Source: Pseudomonadota bacterium (GTDB lineage: Bacteria; Myxococcota_A; UBA796; UBA9615). From it: a DNA stretch of 64,000 bases. Position numbers and translations under genes: made by a program. The stretch's first letter is position 1. Each line of letters begins with the position of its first letter. Under the pieces are notes generated by a model. The model searched no databases. It saw nothing but the letters and a program-made list of their open reading frames with translations, and had not been told where the DNA came from. This document shows positions 18,908-28,739 of this stretch, piece by piece. The stretch covers positions 131,181 through 195,180 of the forward strand of contig JAAESI010000275.1 of assembly GCA_024229515.1 (NCBI GenBank), written 5' to 3'.

Positions 18908-19765
18908 ATGATGAAGAAGCTTCTGCTGCTGCTCGCCCTCGCCCTCGTCCTGCCGATGACGCTCCTGAGCGTCGGCTGCAGCCACATCGACGACGATGAC
19001 GCCACCGACGACGACGACGACGCCACCGACGACGACGACGCCACCGACGACGACGACGCCAACGATGATGACGACGCGGCGCCGACGCACAGCATCTCGG
19101 GCACGATCAGCCCGGCCGAGGAGGGGCTCACGGTCACCTGCTGCAGCGGCGACACCTGCATGTTCAGCCCCACGGATGGGGCCGGCGACTTCTCGTGCGT
19201 CGACGTTCCCGACGGAGCGTGGATCGTGCACAACATCGGCATCCCCGGCGCCGCGACGAACCCGAACGCTCCGCTGGAGTGGGCCTCCTTCTACGACATC
19301 GTCGTGGTCGACGGCGCCGACGTGGCCCTGGGCACGCTGACGATCCCCGAGATCACCGACCGCATCGAGGCGACCGCGGACAACGGCAGCCACACCTTCG
19401 ACAACGACGTCACCGTGACCTGGGACGCCGCCTTCGACCCGCCGCTGACCGCCATCGCGGTGGAGACCCTGTCGCTGGGCTGCGCCACACTCCCCGCCAG
19501 CCAGTACGCGGGTAGCCTCGCGGGGGAGGACATCGTCGCCGCCTACGTGTTCGCCCCGTTCGAGATGGGCATCGAGAGCGGCGAATTCCGCGTGAGCGCG
19601 CCGGCTGACGGCCTCACCGCCGCGGACGACGTGACGATCAAGTTCGCCCACTACGAGACGGACATCTACTCGGGCGAGTGGAGCGAGGCGACGGGCACCG
19701 CCGGGGACGGCACCGTCGACATCGCGATCGAGCTGCTCTCGGTCCTCTACGTCATCCGCAACTAG
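18908..19765 (+). CDS. lipoprotein with poly-Asp (DDDDAT)x4 linker
   Basis: GGAG RBS, MMKKLLLLLALALVLPMTLLSVGCS lipobox; tandem DDDDAT repeats. Confidence 0.6.
   Translation: MMKKLLLLLALALVLPMTLLSVGCSHIDDDDATDDDDDATDDDDATDDDDANDDDDAAPTHSISGTISPAEEGLTVTCCSGDTCMFSPTDGAGDFSCVDVPDGAWIVHNIGIPGAATNPNAPLEWASFYDIVVVDGADVALGTLTIPEITDRIEATADNGSHTFDNDVTVTWDAAFDPPLTAIAVETLSLGCATLPASQYAGSLAGEDIVAAYVFAPFEMGIESGEFRVSAPADGLTAADDVTIKFAHYETDIYSGEWSEATGTAGDGTVDIAIELLSVLYVIRN
18986..19078 (+). repeat. tandem 18-nt repeat (gacgccaccgacgacgac) x4 encoding DDDDAT
   Basis: Seen directly in sequence 18986-19078. Confidence 0.8.
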
Positions 19766-19768
19766 CGC

Positions 19769-20596
19769 CTATGGCTCCTCGCCGAGGAGCCGCACCGGCG
19801 TATCCATCCGCTGAACGAACCCCTCCAGGGCGGCGCGATCGCGCTCGTCCTCCGGACTCCCCGTGCCCGGCGCAGGGAGCCTCGCCATCAACTCCTCAGC
19901 CTGACGAAGCAGGGCCCGCCGGTCCGAGGAGTAGGTGCGGGCGCGGTCCAGGGCATCGTCGGCGGCTCCCACCGGATCGGCTGCGTGGAACTGGGCCTGC
20001 GCGAGGGCGGCGGCGGCGGCGGCGGCTTCTTCGGCCCGAATCGCGGCGAGCCGCTCCACTTCGACCGCGGCTGCTTCGGCCGCTTGTTCGGCTTCGGCCC
20101 ACGAGGCCCGGATCGCGGGCACGGCGCCGACCCCGGGCGGGTCCTCGCCCCAACGGGCGCGGTACCAGGCTTCGAACGACTGCTCCCGCACGCCGAGCGC
20201 ATCGAGGGCCTCCAGGTCGCCCTCGGGGAGGGCCGCCGCTTCGGCGCGGACCATGCCCACCCAGGTCTCGGACAGATCGCGCAGTTCGCCGCGCAGCGGA
20301 GGCTCGGGGGCGCTCTCGGACCAGGCGATCGCCGTCCACACGTCGACCGCCCCATCGGGCACCGCCGCCTCCCAGCCGCGGGGGGCGAAGCGGCCGCGCT
20401 CCAGCACCGCCGAGCCATCGTCGAGCCGCACGAGGCGGTACTTGCCGTGGTGCACGGCGGCGGCGATGAGCAGGCCGACGCAGACGAGCACCAGCGCGAT
20501 GGCGGCGGCCCGGGGGAGCCAGGCGATCAGCCCGTCCTCAGGCAGGAACGGATCGTCGCCGGGCGGGGGAGTCGGCGGCGTGGGGGTCTCAGCCAT
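19769..20596 (-). CDS. membrane-anchored Ala/Glu-rich hypothetical protein
   Basis: Pro-rich N-term, one TM (AAIALVLVCVGLLIAAAV), coiled-coil-like A/E-rich C-terminal region. Confidence 0.5.
   Translation of the reverse strand: MAETPTPPTPPPGDDPFLPEDGLIAWLPRAAAIALVLVCVGLLIAAAVHHGKYRLVRLDDGSAVLERGRFAPRGWEAAVPDGAVDVWTAIAWSESAPEPPLRGELRDLSETWVGMVRAEAAALPEGDLEALDALGVREQSFEAWYRARWGEDPPGVGAVPAIRASWAEAEQAAEAAAVEVERLAAIRAEEAAAAAAALAQAQFHAADPVGAADDALDRARTYSSDRRALLRQAEELMARLPAPGTGSPEDERDRAALEGFVQRMDTPVRLLGEEP
19772..19790. other. perfect hairpin GGCTCCTC-GCC-GAGGAGCC at convergent gene junction
   Basis: 8-bp stem, 3-nt loop, spans last codons of minus-strand gene; 3 nt from end of plus-strand gene; no T-tract. 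Confidence 0.3.
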
Positions 20597-20625
20597 CGAC
20601 CGAAGGATAGTAGACTCGCCCCCCC

Positions 20626-21543
20626 GTGGAGATCACCGACCCCGAAGGAGCGCTCAAGCTCGCTGGCGAGTTGTACGCCCAGGACGGCACGCCATGCGCG
20701 ACGTGCACGTGTTCGTACATGACGTTGAAGCAGGGAGCGGGCACGTCGTTGGGCTTCTCCTCGGGGGGCGGCTTGGCGCTGCGGGTCTGTCGGATCGGCC
20801 GCGAGCCGCTGACCGCGGACGACGGCACGCAAGAACTGTGGTGTGAGGACTACACCGGGTTCGCCTCGATCGTTCCCATCAGCGCCGACGATCTGACCCA
20901 ACTGCAGGCAGAAGCGAGCCGCGGCTTCCTCGCCGATCTGGCCCAGGGAGTCCGTCCCCTGCCCCGCACCGCCGACGACCTCCGCTGGTACGACCGCGGC
21001 TTCCGCGAAGGCTGGCTTCCGCCGCACCGCGTGGAGGTCGGGAGCAGCCTCGAAGGGGAGCGCATCCGGGGGCCGTGGGAGCAGTTCCAGGTCATCGGGG
21101 TGACCCCCGCGTTCGGCGACGGACACACCCCCGCCCTGGGCGACGTCATCCTCCAGGCCAAGGACCGCCGCAGCTACCTGCTGCAGCTGCGCCCCGACGC
21201 GGAGTTCGTCGAGGGCGTCACCCAACCGCACGCGTGGTGGGTCAGCCAGGTCAGCACCGGGGCCGCGCTGCCCCTGGAGTCACCGGTGGATGCGCGTCGA
21301 GGCGCCCGCATGTTGGTGGTCCGAGGGGGCGAGTCGGTCCTGAGTCCGCATGCCTGCCGCTACCTCGATCGCGACGAGGTCGACGGGGCGCTGGAGCAGA
21401 TCGCCGAAGAAGCGGTGCGGACCGCCCACGCGGCGATGAAGCGGGGCCAGGACCCGATCGCACGGGTGGTGCTGCGGCGCGGACTGCGCGCCCGACCCAC
21501 CCACACGGCGCTGGTGGCGCTGCGGGACCTGCTCGGTGACTGA
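20626..21543 (+). CDS. hypothetical protein
   Basis: 305-aa ORF, stop overlaps next gene start (GTGACTGA); start uncertain (only 29 nt from divergent gene). Confidence 0.45.
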   Translation: MEITDPEGALKLAGELYAQDGTPCATCTCSYMTLKQGAGTSLGFSSGGGLALRVCRIGREPLTADDGTQELWCEDYTGFASIVPISADDLTQLQAEASRGFLADLAQGVRPLPRTADDLRWYDRGFREGWLPPHRVEVGSSLEGERIRGPWEQFQVIGVTPAFGDGHTPALGDVILQAKDRRSYLLQLRPDAEFVEGVTQPHAWWVSQVSTGAALPLESPVDARRGARMLVVRGGESVLSPHACRYLDRDEVDGALEQIAEEAVRTAHAAMKRGQDPIARVVLRRGLRARPTHTALVALRDLLGD

Positions 21544-23500
21544 GGAGAAGCGCGGCCGGATCGTGGTCGGCGTGGTGGTCGCGATCTTCGCGTTGCACCG
21601 GCTCGCCGTGCTGCTGTCAGCCGGCGACTTCCTCTACCCGCTGGAGCCCTCGGAGGCGAAGAACTCGCAGATCGCGTGGGACCTGATGTCGGGCCGCTTC
21701 GGCAGCGACGGGTACGAGGCCGGCAACTACATCGCCAACAGCGGATCGATCCACCACGGCTCCTACAGCTCCATGGCGCTGAGCTACTGGGGCGTCAGTC
21801 GGTTCTTCGGGTACGGACTGCTGTCGATCCGGCTGGTCCCGTTCCTGTTCACCACCGCGGCGGTGCTGGTCTGGCTGGAGGTCCTCCGGCGGCACTTCGG
21901 GCTCGTCGCGGCGGTGGTCTCGGGCATCGCCCTGACGCTGGTGCCGACGCTGTTCTTCGCCTTCCAGCTGACGTTCCTGGGGTGCCACCCCGAGTCGGTG
22001 CTCCCGCTCGCGCTGACGATCGGCGTGTGGGCGACGTGGTGCAAAGCGGGCGGATCGGACGAGCGGCTGTCGGGCCTGCTGGGAGCGTGCATCGGCTACT
22101 CGATGATCTTCAGCTACCTGCTGTGGCCGTTCCTGGGGCTGATGGGCGCGCTGTCCCTCGTTCCTCCGGTGGTCAAGCCCGGGCTCAAGGCGCTGCGCGC
22201 GATGGGGATCGGCGGCCTGATCGGGCTCTGGCCGCTGTGGCTCATCTTGCTGTTCGGCGGGCCGGGGGCGCTGTTCGGCTCGGCGATCACGGAGCGGGAA
22301 GAGACGACGCTCACGAACATGGCGACCGGCGCGGGGCTGTCGATGGACCTGTGGGTCCAGACGATCTGGGAGAACCTGCCGGCTGCGTTCCACGACTTCT
22401 GGATGAACGAACGGGAAGCCGGAGGCCTGTGGGGCGGGATGAACTTCGAGCCGGTGGCGTACCGGATGCTCGCGTTCGGCCCGCTGCTGCTGCTGCCGTG
22501 GGCGGCAACGGAGAAGGACGCGACGAACCGTCGGCTGCTGCTGCTGATCGGGGGCGCGCCGACCATCGTCTACCTGTGGCTCTGCTTCGCCAGCCCGTGG
22601 AAGCCCCACGTGCCGGTTCGCTACTTCATCCCGTTCGCGCTGCTGGGCTTTTCGGCCCCCGCGGTGATGGTCGGGATCGGCGTGCGCGACGCCCGAACGG
22701 GCGAAGGCCTGCGCCGCGTGGCGGGGGTGCTGCTCGCCGTCGTCGCCGCCGGAACGCTGCTGTGGCAGGCGCCGCCCCGGCTGACCGAAGCGAACGCCGC
22801 GATCCGGCTGGACCGGGCCGGCGAGCTGCTGCGGCACCGGTACGTGACCTACTACAACCTGGGCTTCGGGACGATCTGGGCCGAACTGGTGGACGACGCC
22901 AACGACCTGATCGACGTGCGCACCGCGCAGGGCGATCCCAACGGCTCGGCTGGCTTCCAGGCGGGCATGTGGGGGAGCGGCCGCCGGTTGGCCCTCGGCG
23001 AAGGCGACTGGGAGTCCCCGCCGCTGGAGTGGGGCTCGATGCAGGCCGGGCTCAACGAGTGGTTCGAGCGGCAGCGCTACAAGGAACCGCAGGACCGGGA
23101 CGACCCCACCGCCTTCGCGGCAAACGTCGGCTGGGGCGCGGGCATCCGCGCGCGCTGGAACGCCGAGCTGATGGCGCAGGTGGTCGAGGAGGGGATGGAG
23201 CGGGCGCCGGAGGGGACCTGGGAGGACCTGTTCTCAGACTCGAACCTGCAGAACCCCGAGGTGCGGATCGACGGGTGGCCGCCCGGACTCCCGTGGGAAT
23301 CATTCTGGGAGGGGTACGGGTTCGGTTGGGGACGCGCCGTGCCGGACGTGCCCGCGAACGTGGACTCGCTGCCGGACGCGCTGCCTGAAGAATATCGCCC
23401 GGCCATCGTCCGAGGTATGGAAGCGGGGCGCGCCCTGGGAACCGTCCCGAAGGCCCCGCGCAAGTCGATCTTCCCGTCCGTGAGAGGTCCCGCGACATGA
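21536..23500 (+). CDS. polytopic membrane protein, GT-C-fold glycosyltransferase-like (ArnT/PMT family-like)
   Basis: >=10 TM helices; first loop EPSEAKNSQIAWDLM resembles DExRYAEIxREM motif of GT39/GT83; large C-terminal soluble domain. Confidence 0.5.
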   Translation: MTEEKRGRIVVGVVVAIFALHRLAVLLSAGDFLYPLEPSEAKNSQIAWDLMSGRFGSDGYEAGNYIANSGSIHHGSYSSMALSYWGVSRFFGYGLLSIRLVPFLFTTAAVLVWLEVLRRHFGLVAAVVSGIALTLVPTLFFAFQLTFLGCHPESVLPLALTIGVWATWCKAGGSDERLSGLLGACIGYSMIFSYLLWPFLGLMGALSLVPPVVKPGLKALRAMGIGGLIGLWPLWLILLFGGPGALFGSAITEREETTLTNMATGAGLSMDLWVQTIWENLPAAFHDFWMNEREAGGLWGGMNFEPVAYRMLAFGPLLLLPWAATEKDATNRRLLLLIGGAPTIVYLWLCFASPWKPHVPVRYFIPFALLGFSAPAVMVGIGVRDARTGEGLRRVAGVLLAVVAAGTLLWQAPPRLTEANAAIRLDRAGELLRHRYVTYYNLGFGTIWAELVDDANDLIDVRTAQGDPNGSAGFQAGMWGSGRRLALGEGDWESPPLEWGSMQAGLNEWFERQRYKEPQDRDDPTAFAANVGWGAGIRARWNAELMAQVVEEGMERAPEGTWEDLFSDSNLQNPEVRIDGWPPGLPWESFWEGYGFGWGRAVPDVPANVDSLPDALPEEYRPAIVRGMEAGRALGTVPKAPRKSIFPSVRGPAT

Positions 23501-24087
23501 GCCACATGCGAATCACGAAGGTGTACACGAAGGCTGGGGATGGGGGCGAGACCCGGCTCGTGGGGGGCCAGAAGGTGCGCAAGGACGACCTCCGGATCGA
23601 GGCCTACGGCACGGTCGACGAGCTGAACGCGATCGTCGGGATCGTGCGGGTGGAGATCGAGCGATCGAAGTCGCCCGCCAAGGAGGCCAACCAGCTGAAC
23701 GCGTGGCTGGAGCAGATCCAGAACGACCTGTTCAACCTGGGCAGCGATCTGGCGACCCGCACCGCGGACCGGTGGGACTCGATGCGGCTGATGGGCGCCG
23801 ACGACGTCATCCGCCTCGAGAATGAGATCGACGCGATGAACGAGGTGCTGGAGCCGCTGACGGAGTTCATCCTCCCCGGCAGCGGGCCGGTCTCGGCGTT
23901 CCTGCACCAGGCCCGGACGGTGTGCCGCCGCGGCGAACGCGACACCGTGCGGCTGACCGAAGCCGAGGACACCAACCCTCAGGCGGTGAAGTACCTGAAC
24001 CGGCTGAGCGACTGGCTGTTCGTGGCCGGGCGGTGGACCGCCAAGGCGATGGGCGAGCCCGAGTACCTCTGGGATCGCGACCGCTAG
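23497..24087 (+). CDS. ATP:cob(I)alamin adenosyltransferase, PduO/MMAB type
   Basis: MRITKVYTKAGDGGETRL... N-terminus typical of PduO-type corrinoid adenosyltransferase; ATG overlaps upstream stop (ATGA). Confidence 0.8.
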   Translation: MSHMRITKVYTKAGDGGETRLVGGQKVRKDDLRIEAYGTVDELNAIVGIVRVEIERSKSPAKEANQLNAWLEQIQNDLFNLGSDLATRTADRWDSMRLMGADDVIRLENEIDAMNEVLEPLTEFILPGSGPVSAFLHQARTVCRRGERDTVRLTEAEDTNPQAVKYLNRLSDWLFVAGRWTAKAMGEPEYLWDRDR

Positions 24088-24090
24088 GCC

Positions 24091-25098
24091 TCACTCGAGG
24101 GCCGCCGCAAAGTCGACGGTGCCCGCCCCCAGCCCTTCGGCGTCCACCGACGAAGCGGTCGCAAGGATGCGATCGACGACCTCGTCGGCAGACCAATTCG
24201 GGTGGTTCGCGCGCAGCCGCGCGGCCAACGCCGCGACCAGGGGCGCCGACGCCGAGGTGCCGTCGAACGAGCCGTAGCCGTCCTCCGGCAGGGTCGTGAA
24301 CACACACCGCCCGGGGGCGCTGATGCCGACCTCGGGACCGAAGCTGGTCCACGCGGGAGGGCTCCCGTCTTCGTCCACCGCCGCGACCGCGAGCACGCCA
24401 TCGATGCGGGCGGGCCACCGGACCACCTCGGCCCCGTCGTTGCCCGCCGACGCGACTACCACCACGCCGGCCGCCCGGGCCTCCGCGAGCGCGGCCTCGA
24501 CCTCGGCCATGACCGCCGCATCCACATCGTCGGGGAGCACCCCGTCGCTCAGGCTGATCACCTCCGCGCCCTCGGCGACGGCGTAGCGCACCGCCTCCGC
24601 GAGCACCGGCATGACGTTGTGGGCGGCGTCGAAGTCGCGCGCCCGCAGGAGCATCAGCGGGCAGTCCGGGCAGGCCCCCGCGACGCCGACCCCGTTGTCC
24701 GTGCGCGCCGCCAGGATCCCGGCCGCGGCGGTGCCGTGCCCCGCCAGCACCGGATCGAGGCCCTCGACCGCCTCGCGGGAGGCGTCCGCGTCCTGGTCCA
24801 GGAAGTCCCACCCGGCGAGGTCGTCCACGTACTCGTTGCCGTCGTCGTCCAGTCCGTTGGGGAGCTCGCCGGGGTTGACCCACAGCTGCCCTTCCAGGTC
24901 TTCGTGATCCAGCTGGAAGCCGTTGTCGATCACCGCGACCACGACGCCGGCGGCGCCCAGCTCCCCGGTCCACCCGACCGCGGGCAGATGCCACTGCCTC
25001 ACCGCCTCGGGATCGTCGGTCGAGGGCACGACATCGACCGGGCAGGGGTCACCACACCCGCCCGCTCCGAGCGCCACGAGGGCGGCTGCTCCGATCAT
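24091..25098 (-). CDS. subtilisin-like serine protease (S8), lipoprotein
   Basis: Catalytic D (VIDNG), H (AGHGTAAAG), S (DGTSASAPLVAAL); lipobox LGAGGCG; alternative upstream start 25182. Confidence 0.8.
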   Translation of the reverse strand: MIGAAALVALGAGGCGDPCPVDVVPSTDDPEAVRQWHLPAVGWTGELGAAGVVVAVIDNGFQLDHEDLEGQLWVNPGELPNGLDDDGNEYVDDLAGWDFLDQDADASREAVEGLDPVLAGHGTAAAGILAARTDNGVGVAGACPDCPLMLLRARDFDAAHNVMPVLAEAVRYAVAEGAEVISLSDGVLPDDVDAAVMAEVEAALAEARAAGVVVVASAGNDGAEVVRWPARIDGVLAVAAVDEDGSPPAWTSFGPEVGISAPGRCVFTTLPEDGYGSFDGTSASAPLVAALAARLRANHPNWSADEVVDRILATASSVDAEGLGAGTVDFAAALE

Positions 25099-25145
25099 CG
25101 CTTGTCGCACGGGTCCGATGATCCGCCTGAATGCCCTCAGCCAGC

Positions 25146-26537
25146 TCAGTCGTCGTCGTCCTTCTTCGGGGGCGTTCCCCACAGATCGGTCGAGGACGGA
25201 ACCACGATCTCCGGGTCGGCAGCCGGCTCCTCAGCCGGCGCGGTCTCGGTTCCCCAGACATCCGTCGCCGACGGGAGTACGAGCTCCTCCGGCGGGGCGG
25301 TCACCCCCCAGGGGTTGCTGTCGGCCGGCGCGATCGGCTCCGGCGGGGGCGCCGCCCCCCAGACGTTGGCCGCCGGCTCGATCGGTTCGGCCGCCGCGGG
25401 AGCCCCCCAGGGGTTGGACTGGGCGGGAGCAAGCGCGGGCGCCGGCGCGGGCGTCGCGCCGGTCCCCCAGGGGTCGGCCTCCACGGGGGTGAGCACCGCG
25501 ATCGGCTCCGAGGACGAGCCCCAGACGTTCGGGGCGTCCAGCAGAACCTGCTGATCGGTCGGCGGCGGCTGGGGCCCCCAGATGTCGCTGACCTGCTGCT
25601 GCTGCACCTGCGGATCCGCCTGGGCGATGATGCGGAACTCGATGCGTCGATTCTCCTCGGCGCCGGCCGCCGCGCGGCTCCCGCCGAAGCCGGACGCCTC
25701 CAGCCTCGCGGGCTCCACCCCGAGGTCGATCAGCGCCTTGGCGACCGTGCCCGCGCGTCCCTCCGACAGCTTCACGTTCTTGCGTTCGTCGCCGGAGCTG
25801 TCGGTGTGCCCCTCGACGCGGAGCTGGAGGATCTGCGGGTTCTGCAGGAGCAGGTCGGCGACCGCCTGCAGCGCATCCCCCGAGTCGGCGTCCAGACGGC
25901 TCGTCCGGGACATGAAGGTGATCGGCTGAAGGAGCACGATCTGGTGCTCGGCGATCACCGCGTGGAGCGCATCGGGGCAGCCGTCGACGTCGCGCAGCCA
26001 GTTGTACTCCTCGGCCTGGTCGGGGCAGAGGTCGAGCTCGTCGGCGATGTTGTCGCCGTCGTTGTCGGGATCGGGGCAGCCGTCCTCGTCTTCCCAGCCG
26101 TCCACCGTCTCGGCCGCGTTGGGGCAGGCGTCGTCGCCGTCGAGGATCCCGTCTTCGTCGTTGTCGGGATCCGCGCAGCCGTCGTCATCGAAGAAGCCGT
26201 CGTGGTCCTCGATCTCGCCGGGGCAGCGGTCGTCCGCGTTGTCCACGCCGTCGTAGTCGTGGTCCGGATCGGGGCAACCGTTCTCGTCCTCGAAGAAGTC
26301 GAAGTCCTCGCGCTCGTTGGGGCACTCGTCGTCGACGTCGAGGATCAGGTCGCCGTCGTTGTCGGCGTCGGGGCAGCCGTCCTCGTCCTCCCATCCGTCG
26401 AGGTCCTCGGCCTCCTTGGGGCAGGCGTCCAGCGATCGGGTGATGCCGTCCCCGTCGCGGTCGAACTTCACCTTCTCCTGCGCCGCGGCCGGAGCGGCCA
26501 GCAGCAGCGTCAGCGCGAACGCGGCAAGGAACCTCAT
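25146..26537 (-). CDS. OmpA-family protein with thrombospondin type-3 calcium-binding repeats and C-terminal WG-repeat tail
   Basis: Signal peptide MRFLAAFALTLLLAAPAAA; 7 repeats DxDxDGxxDxxDxCP; OmpA_C-like block (HTDSSGDERKNVKLSEGRA); 8 x [DN][PVL]WG in Pro/Ala tail. Confidence 0.8.
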   Translation of the reverse strand: MRFLAAFALTLLLAAPAAAQEKVKFDRDGDGITRSLDACPKEAEDLDGWEDEDGCPDADNDGDLILDVDDECPNEREDFDFFEDENGCPDPDHDYDGVDNADDRCPGEIEDHDGFFDDDGCADPDNDEDGILDGDDACPNAAETVDGWEDEDGCPDPDNDGDNIADELDLCPDQAEEYNWLRDVDGCPDALHAVIAEHQIVLLQPITFMSRTSRLDADSGDALQAVADLLLQNPQILQLRVEGHTDSSGDERKNVKLSEGRAGTVAKALIDLGVEPARLEASGFGGSRAAAGAEENRRIEFRIIAQADPQVQQQQVSDIWGPQPPPTDQQVLLDAPNVWGSSSEPIAVLTPVEADPWGTGATPAPAPALAPAQSNPWGAPAAAEPIEPAANVWGAAPPPEPIAPADSNPWGVTAPPEELVLPSATDVWGTETAPAEEPAADPEIVVPSSTDLWGTPPKKDDDD

Positions 26538-27247
26538 CGGGCGGTGACCACGGGGGCGGTCACGACGAACTCGAAGTCCTCGTGCGAGCAGTCGGTGTCG
26601 TTGTCGTCGCCGGTGGCGACGAAGCCGAAGGTGTACTCGCCCGCCTCCAACGCGCGGAACGACATGCGGTCGACGAGGTCGCCCTCGAAGGAGAGCGCGA
26701 TCGGTCCGGGGGTCTCCGACGGCGGGATCGTGCAGTCGGACAAGCCGTCGTCTTCCCCGACGCAGTAATCGGGCACGTCGCCATGCAACTCGATGGGGAA
26801 GCCCTGGAGGTCGTCCCAGTCGTACAGGGCGAGGCCGTCCGAGGTCTCGAACCGATCGACCATGTCGCCGTAGGAGGCGGCGAGCACGACCTCGTTGAAG
26901 TTCAGCATGAAGTGGTCGTCGTACTCCATCACCTGCTCGAAGCCCGGGTCGACCCCGTCGAACTCGAAGTCGAGGCCGCAGACGATCCCACCTTCGGGGA
27001 TCTCCAGCGACGCGACCTGCTCCGTGCGCGCCGCGACCACGCCCGAGATTGCCTCCCAGTTGCCGCCCACGCCCCACTCGCACCCGTAGGTGGCGGGGAA
27101 GAAGACGTCGAGTTCCAGAGACTCCGGCTCGTGCTCGTCGCACACGTCGCGCAGGGCCTGGACCGAATCGATCGACCCGAGGTCAGCGAGCCCGGTGCAG
27201 CCAGCGGCGAACGCCAAGACGGTGATCGAGAACATCCACGAACGCAT
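26534..27247 (-). CDS. acidic lipoprotein, unknown function
   Basis: MRSWMFSITVLAFAAGCTGL lipobox; stop overlaps downstream ATG (ATGA) of OmpA/TSP3 gene. Confidence 0.55.
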   Translation of the reverse strand: MRSWMFSITVLAFAAGCTGLADLGSIDSVQALRDVCDEHEPESLELDVFFPATYGCEWGVGGNWEAISGVVAARTEQVASLEIPEGGIVCGLDFEFDGVDPGFEQVMEYDDHFMLNFNEVVLAASYGDMVDRFETSDGLALYDWDDLQGFPIELHGDVPDYCVGEDDGLSDCTIPPSETPGPIALSFEGDLVDRMSFRALEAGEYTFGFVATGDDNDTDCSHEDFEFVVTAPVVTAR

Positions 27248-27308
27248 TTGCCAGCCCCTCTCGCCGCGAGTGTAGGGCGGGACCCCCCTTCGCGGAAGCG
27301 TCACGCAC

Positions 27309-28727
27309 TCAAATCCGGCGCAGTACGCCCAATCGGACCGCCTCCTCGAGGCAGGCCTCGTAAATGGCGTCGGTGTCCGCGCGCCGGTCCAGCAGCGACG
27401 GCTCGGGCAGCGCGTCGAACGCCGCTTCCAGCTCCGGCTGGCCCGTGAGCCCCTCGGGGATGGCGTCGCGAAGCCCGGTCAGGCACTCGTCCGCGTAGAT
27501 GACCTCGGGGTCGGCGTCGATCACCGGAAGCGTCGCCGGCGCCGCCGGCGTGTTCGTGAGCAAGCGCTCTTCGTCGAGCACATCGAGCAGGTTGTTCGCC
27601 GCGGCATCCCGAGCCGTGAGCGGCTCCAACTCGTGGAGGTACTCCAGCAGCGCCAGGCACGAGGTGTGGTCGTAGACGCTGTGGCTGACCGCCCCCTGCT
27701 TGACCCAGGGACCGGCGATCACCGTCGGCACCCGGAAGCCCAGCTGGTCGTGGCCCGACTCCGGACGATCGTCCTGCGCCAGCGGCGGCGGCACGTGGTC
27801 GAAGAAGCCGCCGTGCTCGTCGTACGTGATCACCAGCAGGCAGCGGTCCCAGTGGGGGCTGTTGGCCAGCGCCTCGTAGACCGACGCGATCAGCACCTGC
27901 CCGGCCATCGGATGGGCCGGCGGGTGATCGTCGTTGCGACCGAAGATCGGGTCGATGTACGTCACCGCGGGGAGCAGCCCCACCTCGGCGTTGTGGAAGA
28001 AGTCCTCCAGCGGGATGTACTCCTCGCGCGCCAGCGTGAGATCCCGCAGCAAGAACCCGAACGGCAGGTTTCCGAAGTAGTTGGCCCACCCCACGCCAGC
28101 CTCGTCGAGCCGCTCGAAGATGTGCGCGAAGTCCTCCTCGGGCTGCTCGTTCCCGAACCCTCCGCCGTTCTGACCCGCCAGGTAGTAGAAGCGGTTCGGC
28201 CACGTCTGGGCCATCAGCGAGCAGTACCACCGGTCGCAGACGACGCCCGCGTCGGCGATCGCGTAGGTCGCAGGCAGGCCGTCCCGCCCCCAGTAGCCCA
28301 TCGCCTGGTGCCCCGAGCTGGGATGACGCTGCTCGTTCTCGCGCACGAAGCCGTCGTTGGCGCCCTCGTTGAACTGGTCGTGGGAGCTCCCCCAGCTGTG
28401 CGGCGGATCGTCGATGCAGGCGCCGTCGGCGGGGTGCACGAGCACCGACTCGCCGGCCAGGTTCGGGTTGCTCATTTCCTCGGTGAGGCCGTCGACGTCG
28501 GTGTTCCCCTCCTCCAGCGACATCGCGCCGAGGAAGTGGTCGAAGGAGCGGTTCTCCATCATCAGGAACACGACCGTGTCGATCCGCTCGCGGAGCAGCT
28601 CGCGGGTCACTTCGGTGGGGAGCTCGTCCTCGCCCCCCGTCGGCTCGCAGCCCGGGAGCAACGGCGTCGCACCCGCGGCCACCAGGCCCTTGAGTGCGGT
28701 CCTACGGTTGATGCGGCGCTTCGTCAT
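27309..28727 (-). CDS. phosphoesterase-family phospholipase C / acid phosphatase (PlcC/AcpA family), Tat-exported lipoprotein
   Basis: Twin-arginine leader KRRINRRTALKGLVAAGATPLLPGC; MMENRSFDHFLG and YDEHGGFFDHV motifs of phosphoesterase family. Confidence 0.8.
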   Translation of the reverse strand: MTKRRINRRTALKGLVAAGATPLLPGCEPTGGEDELPTEVTRELLRERIDTVVFLMMENRSFDHFLGAMSLEEGNTDVDGLTEEMSNPNLAGESVLVHPADGACIDDPPHSWGSSHDQFNEGANDGFVRENEQRHPSSGHQAMGYWGRDGLPATYAIADAGVVCDRWYCSLMAQTWPNRFYYLAGQNGGGFGNEQPEEDFAHIFERLDEAGVGWANYFGNLPFGFLLRDLTLAREEYIPLEDFFHNAEVGLLPAVTYIDPIFGRNDDHPPAHPMAGQVLIASVYEALANSPHWDRCLLVITYDEHGGFFDHVPPPLAQDDRPESGHDQLGFRVPTVIAGPWVKQGAVSHSVYDHTSCLALLEYLHELEPLTARDAAANNLLDVLDEERLLTNTPAAPATLPVIDADPEVIYADECLTGLRDAIPEGLTGQPELEAAFDALPEPSLLDRRADTDAIYEACLEEAVRLGVLRRI

Positions 28728-28739
28728 GCAAGCCTCGAA

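Noticed and set aside
20626-20730. Alternative later start (MTLKQ) for the 305-aa hypothetical to relieve the 29-nt divergent spacing
   Set aside because: No RBS before that ATG, and upstream codons retain high GC3. Cannot decide from sequence, so I kept the longest ORF.
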